A program made the position numbers and the translations under genes. A DNA stretch of 20,604 nucleotides from Gemmatimonadota bacterium (GTDB taxonomy: Bacteria; Gemmatimonadota; Gemmatimonadetes; Gemmatimonadales; GWC2-71-9), in NCBI GenBank assembly GCA_039588295.1, contig JBDHAB010000047.1, positions 1-20,604 on the forward strand, written 5' to 3'. The notes beneath the pieces are model-generated. The model did not search any database. It saw only the letters and a program-made list of their open reading frames with translations, and had not been told where the DNA came from. Of the stretch, positions 16,164 through 20,604 are shown in pieces (within the stretch, counting starts at the first letter, position 1; each line of letters opens with the position of its first letter).

Positions 16164-16807
16164 TGCGGGTTGGGGTCCTCGCCTCAGGAGGTGGCACCAA
16201 TCTCCAGGCGTTGTTGGACACCTGTCGGGACCCTGCCCCCGCGCGCATCGCGCTCGTCATCAGCAACAACCCGAGGGCAAAGGCGCTGGAGCGCGCGCAC
16301 CGCGCCGGAGTCGAGACCGCGGTGCTCAACGATCCGAGCGACGCGCGGGAGCTGGTGGAGCTCTTACGGTCCCACGAGACGGACCTGGTGGTTCTCGCCG
16401 GGTACCTGAAGCTCGTCCCCCCGGTGGTGGTGGAGGCGTATCGCGACCGGATGATCAATATTCATCCCGCGCTGCTGCCGTCGTTCGGCGGCAAGGGCAT
16501 GTACGGCCGGCGCGTGCACGAGGCGGTGCTGGCCTCGGGCGCCACGATTTCCGGCGCAACCGTGCATCTTGTCACGGCGGAATACGATCGCGGGCCAATC
16601 GTGGCCCAGTGGCCGGTGCCGATCGCACCGGAAGACTCGCCGGAATCCCTGGCGACTCGTGTGCTCGAGGTGGAGCATCAGCTCCTCCCGGCCGTCGTGC
16701 TTGCGGCGGCACGGGCCGGCCACGTGGTCCGCCTCGTGCCCGGCGCGCACGGATTCGAGGCCGACGCGGACCCGGCACCCGTCGCGCCACAGCTCTCGTC
16801 AGCGTGA
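16160..16807 (+). CDS. purN: Phosphoribosylglycinamide formyltransferase
   Basis: MMRVGVLASGGGTNLQALL, VISNN, LVVLAGYL, INIHPALLPSFGG, SGATVHLV-x3-YDRGPI. Start placed at ATG 16160 (or 16163), not 15989. Confidence 0.97.
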   Translation: MMRVGVLASGGGTNLQALLDTCRDPAPARIALVISNNPRAKALERAHRAGVETAVLNDPSDARELVELLRSHETDLVVLAGYLKLVPPVVVEAYRDRMINIHPALLPSFGGKGMYGRRVHEAVLASGATISGATVHLVTAEYDRGPIVAQWPVPIAPEDSPESLATRVLEVEHQLLPAVVLAAARAGHVVRLVPGAHGFEADADPAPVAPQLSSA

Positions 16808-16847
16808 ACCGCACCATGGATTGGTAACGGGAGGTAACAGAGGAAGA

Positions 16848-18377
16848 ATGCCCAGGGCGCTCATCTCGGTGTCGGACAAGCGTGGCGTTGCGCAGTTTGC
16901 CAGGGGGTTGGCGGACCTCGGATGGGAGATCGTCTCGACCGGAGGTACCGCGCATGTCATCACGCAGGCCGGAATTCCCGTCACCTCGATCGAGGAGGTA
17001 ACCGGCTTTCCGGAGATCATGGATGGGCGGGTGAAGACGCTGCACCCTGCCGTCCATTCGGCTCTGCTCGCTCGCCGCGATCAGGACGATCACATGCGCG
17101 AGCTCCGGTTACGCAACTTCACCCCCATCGATCTGGTGGCGGTCAACCTGTATCCGTTTCGCGAGACCATCGGCCGACCGAACGTCAAGTTCGACGACGC
17201 AATCGAGCAGATCGACATCGGTGGTCCCTCCATGCTCCGCTCGGCCGCCAAGAACCACATTGCGGTCGTTCCCGTCGTGGACCCGAACGACTATGAGAGC
17301 GTTCTGACCGCCCTCGCGGCCGGTGCCGTGCCAGCCAAGTTCCGGGCCGAGCTCGCAGCAAAGGTGTTCGCGCACACAGCCGCCTACGACGCCGCTATCG
17401 CCCAGTTCCTCGGGCGAGATGACGACACCCTCCCGGCGATGATGGGACTCGCACTGGAACGACTCCAAACGCTCCGCTACGGGGAGAACCCGTACCAGCG
17501 CGCCGCTCTCTACACGACCGGCGAGGGCCGCGGCTTCGACGAATTGGGCCAACTTCATGGCAAGGAGTTGTCGTTCAACAATCTCCTGGACGTCGAGGCC
17601 GCGACGGCCGCGGTCGTGCCCTGGCCGGACCGTCCGGTCTGCGCGGTCATCAAGCACACGACACCCTGCGGGATCGCCCTCGGCTCGAGCCCGGAGGAGG
17701 CGTACCGGCGCGCGCTCGCGACCGACCCCAAGTCGGCGTTCGGCTCGGTCGTAGCATTCAACACGGTCGTCGACGCCCCGACGGCAGAAGCGATGCACGA
17801 CCTGTTTGTCGAGGTGGTTGTCGCACCGCGGTTCCACGACGGCGCACTCGACGTCTTCCGCAAGAAGAAGAACCTCCGGGTCGTGGAGCTTCCGCTCACC
17901 GACAGTCGGCCGGCCCTGGATTTCAAGCGCGTGCGCGGCGGGTTTCTCGTGCAGGACCGCTTCAAGGTCTTGTCAGACGAGGGAGAGTGGGCGGTGGCCT
18001 CGAGCCGAGGGCCCACGCAGACGGAATGGCGCGATCTCCGGTTCGCGTGGTCGGCCGTTGCGTCGGTCAAGTCGAATGCGATCCTTCTCGCCCGCGATGA
18101 GGCGGCAATCGGAATCGGCGCGGGGCAAATGAGCCGCGTCGACGCCACGTTCCTTGCCGCGCACAAGGCACGGGACGCCGGACATGAGACGACCGGCGCC
18201 GTGCTGGCGTCCGACGCGTTCTTCCCGTTCGCCGACGGCATCGAACAGGCCGCGGCCGCAGGCATCACCGCCGTCATCCAGCCCGGCGGATCGATCCGGG
18301 ATGACGAGGTCACGGCGGCCGCCGACGCACACGACATCGCGATGGTGGTCACGGGAAAGCGCCAGTTCCGCCACTAG
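16848..18377 (+). CDS. purH: Bifunctional AICAR transformylase/IMP cyclohydrolase
   Basis: RALISVSDK, STGGTA, TGFPEIMDGRVKTLHP, VNLYPF, IDIGG, LRYGENP-x-Q, KHTTPCG, AGQMSRVD, ASDAFFPF, IQPGGSIRD, RQFRH. Start placed at ATG 16848 with an SD-like sequence upstream. Confidence 0.98.
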   Translation: MPRALISVSDKRGVAQFARGLADLGWEIVSTGGTAHVITQAGIPVTSIEEVTGFPEIMDGRVKTLHPAVHSALLARRDQDDHMRELRLRNFTPIDLVAVNLYPFRETIGRPNVKFDDAIEQIDIGGPSMLRSAAKNHIAVVPVVDPNDYESVLTALAAGAVPAKFRAELAAKVFAHTAAYDAAIAQFLGRDDDTLPAMMGLALERLQTLRYGENPYQRAALYTTGEGRGFDELGQLHGKELSFNNLLDVEAATAAVVPWPDRPVCAVIKHTTPCGIALGSSPEEAYRRALATDPKSAFGSVVAFNTVVDAPTAEAMHDLFVEVVVAPRFHDGALDVFRKKKNLRVVELPLTDSRPALDFKRVRGGFLVQDRFKVLSDEGEWAVASSRGPTQTEWRDLRFAWSAVASVKSNAILLARDEAAIGIGAGQMSRVDATFLAAHKARDAGHETTGAVLASDAFFPFADGIEQAAAAGITAVIQPGGSIRDDEVTAAADAHDIAMVVTGKRQFRH

Positions 18378-18432
18378 CGAGGTCCGCCACTGAACTGACC
18401 CGGGGACAGTCTTGGCCAGAGAAGGAGTACGG

Positions 18433-20604
18433 GTGACCGAATCGACCCACAGGGAACTCGCCGCGATGCCCCGACCGCCGTACGGGATGGCGGTGCTCGT
18501 CTTCTTCGCCGTGCTGGTGATCTACTTGTTGACCATCGCCCCGACGACCCAGTTCTGGGATACGTCGGAGTACATCGCGGCCGCGAAGGTCTTGGGAATC
18601 CCGCATCCACCGGGCAATCCCCTCTTCGTCCTGGTGGCGCACGTGTGGGGCTTGCTTCCGATCGTCGAACACTACGCCCTTCGCATCAACCTGTTTTCGG
18701 CCATCTCGAGCGCGTTGGCGTCCGGATTCCTGTTCCTCGTCGCCGAGCGCTTCCTGCGGGAACTCGTCCCGGAGCCGCGCTGGGCGCGAATCGGGGCGGC
18801 GGTCGGCGGCATCCTGGTGGGGGCGACCTCGTTCACGGTGTGGCATCAGTCGGTGGTGAACGAGAAGGTGTACACGCTGAGCCTACTCTCGATCGCGCTG
18901 GTCTTGTGGCTCGCGGTTCACTGGGGAGACGAGCCGGCCGGGCAGCGCCGCGATCACTGGCTGGTGCTCATTCTCTATCTCATCGCACTCAGCGCCACCA
19001 ATCACCTCATGGCACTGCTCGCGATCCCCGCCGTGGTCGTGTACGTCGAAGCGGCGGAAGCGGAGAAGCGGTTCTGGTTCCAATTGTTCGTCGCCGGCAC
19101 GCTGCTGGCGGCGGCCGGGGGAGCTGCGCTGCTCCTCTTCGAATGGATGGATGACCCGGGATCCTATTCCTACCTGTTTCTCGCCGTCGTGCTGCTCGGG
19201 GGAGCCGTGTGGTACGGCTTCACCTATCAGACCAGCACCGCGACCAGGATGTCGCTCGCGCTCGGTGTGGCTGGCTTGGTGATGGTGATAGCGGAACGAG
19301 CCTGGTCCGGTCAGACCGGGTGGCTCTACGGCGTCGCGATCGCGGCGGCCGCCGGATTCCTCACCCTGGCGTGGCGCGGCGGGCACCAACGCCTCGTGGC
19401 GGTCTCAATCGGTGTCGTCGCGGTCGGGGTCAGCGTATGGGTGGTCCTTCGGCTGCGCGCTCCCCTCTACCCACCGATCAACGAAGGTGAGCCCACGAAT
19501 TGGGAAGCGTTGAAGGCCGTCCTCAACCGGGAGCAGTATCAAAAGGGCCCCCTGCTGCCGCGCCAGGCGGATCTCGCGTGGCAGTACGCCAACTACCTGC
19601 AGTACTTCACGTGGCAGTTCGGACGGGACCTGGAACCTGCGGTGCGCAACTTCTTGGCGCTCGTGTTCGGCGGCCTCGGACTCGTCGGGGCGGTACGACA
19701 GTGGCAGCGCGATCGTCGTGGGGCGGTCGCCATGACCGCACTCATGGTCACCGTCATCGTACTGCTCGTATTCTACCTGGACTTCAAGTACGGGTTCTCG
19801 ATTCGACGCGGCGAGAACCTGCTCAGGGAAGTGCGTGAACGAGACTACTTCTTCATCGCCTCGTTCCAGCTGTGGGGAATCTGGGTGGCCCTGGGATTCG
19901 GCGCCCTCCTCGAGGGAGTCGGCGCGGCGTTCCGGGCTCGGTTCGACGATCACAGCCGGTGGCTGGTCGGGGCGCCGCTCCTGCTGCTGGCCCTCGTGCC
20001 GCTCTGGGGTAACAGCCGCTCCGCTTCGCGCGCCGGCGAGACGCTCCCCCGAGATTTCGCGTGGGACCTCCTGCAGTCGGTCGAGCCCTATGCGATTCTC
20101 GTGACTGCGGGGGACAACGATACGTTCCCGCTGTGGTACATGCAGGAGGTCGAGGGTATTCGCCGAGATGTCTTGCTGGCGAACACGTCGCTGATGAACA
20201 CCGACTGGCATTCGCGGCAGCTCAAACGGCGGGAAGTCATGCCGTTCGACACCGCGAACGCCATTCCATTGTACCAAGGGAGATCCTGGACACCGCCCAC
20301 CGGCTCGGCGGTGCGGTTCTCCTATGACGAGATCGATGCCCTCCCACCCGTCCAGGCCGTGCGTGAACGGAGTGTCTTTCGAGCCGGGACTCTGCGAGCC
20401 GTGCTCGAACCGCAAGTGCTGGAACGCGCCGACCTCATGACCCTGCACTTGATCCAGGAAAACATTGGGAAGCGGCCGATCTACTTCTCCCGCACCACCG
20501 GGGCGTACCCCGACGCCCTTGGCCTCACACCGTACCTCGTCGGGCACGGTCTGGCGCGCAAGCTTCTGACGGAGCCGGTTCAGCCGGACGACAGCATTGT
20601 TCCC
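18433..20604 (+). CDS. DUF2723 / TMEM260-like polytopic membrane glycosyltransferase (GT-C type); runs off the right edge
   Basis: Not in the ORF track. SD AAGGAG then GTG at 18433. Hand translation gives YLLTIAPTTQFWDTSEYIAAAKVLGIPHPPGNPLF, VWHQSVVNEKVY, SATNHL, PPINEGEP, LNREQY, EVRERDYFF, GDNDTFPLWYMQEVEGIRRDV and RPIYFS, all in one frame with many hydrophobic helices. Confidence 0.9.
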   Translation, partial: MTESTHRELAAMPRPPYGMAVLVFFAVLVIYLLTIAPTTQFWDTSEYIAAAKVLGIPHPPGNPLFVLVAHVWGLLPIVEHYALRINLFSAISSALASGFLFLVAERFLRELVPEPRWARIGAAVGGILVGATSFTVWHQSVVNEKVYTLSLLSIALVLWLAVHWGDEPAGQRRDHWLVLILYLIALSATNHLMALLAIPAVVVYVEAAEAEKRFWFQLFVAGTLLAAAGGAALLLFEWMDDPGSYSYLFLAVVLLGGAVWYGFTYQTSTATRMSLALGVAGLVMVIAERAWSGQTGWLYGVAIAAAAGFLTLAWRGGHQRLVAVSIGVVAVGVSVWVVLRLRAPLYPPINEGEPTNWEALKAVLNREQYQKGPLLPRQADLAWQYANYLQYFTWQFGRDLEPAVRNFLALVFGGLGLVGAVRQWQRDRRGAVAMTALMVTVIVLLVFYLDFKYGFSIRRGENLLREVRERDYFFIASFQLWGIWVALGFGALLEGVGAAFRARFDDHSRWLVGAPLLLLALVPLWGNSRSASRAGETLPRDFAWDLLQSVEPYAILVTAGDNDTFPLWYMQEVEGIRRDVLLANTSLMNTDWHSRQLKRREVMPFDTANAIPLYQGRSWTPPTGSAVRFSYDEIDALPPVQAVRERSVFRAGTLRAVLEPQVLERADLMTLHLIQENIGKRPIYFSRTTGAYPDALGLTPYLVGHGLARKLLTEPVQPDDSIVP

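Noticed and set aside
19405..20547. 380-aa minus-strand ORF
   Set aside because: Antisense to the DUF2723 gene, which the ORF track missed because it has no stop inside the window.

Overview
GC-rich bacterial chromosomal window, mostly housekeeping genes; gene content suggests Gemmatimonadota (inference only). Two divergent gene runs start from an AT-rich spacer at about 10240-10350. The minus-strand run is thrS, thiolase, bioY, a CPBP/Abi protease interrupted by one in-frame TAG, 3-hydroxybutyryl-CoA dehydrogenase, acyl-CoA dehydrogenase, Glu/Leu/Phe/Val dehydrogenase, glyA, a Minf_1886-family protein, a 64-aa zinc-ribbon protein and the 5' part of an NAD(P)H-hydrate epimerase gene. The plus-strand run is a membrane-anchored BON protein, valS, an Ig-like lipoprotein, selA, purN, purH and a DUF2723/TMEM260-like membrane glycosyltransferase running off the end. 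I found no mobile elements, CRISPR arrays, tRNA or rRNA. The most interesting signal is that the Ig-like lipoprotein is packed with D-(S/T)-(A/L/V/T) motifs, the Bacteroidota O-glycosylation sequon, and lies in the same co-oriented run as the TMEM260-like O-mannosyltransferase homologue; together they are a candidate protein O-glycosylation system. Other oddities are the amber stop at a usually-Tyr position in the CPBP gene, a probable ATT start for the BON gene, a leaderless 27-codon uORF coupled to purN, an operator-like palindrome over the thiolase promoter, and an AFSKS variant of the KMSKS motif in ValRS.
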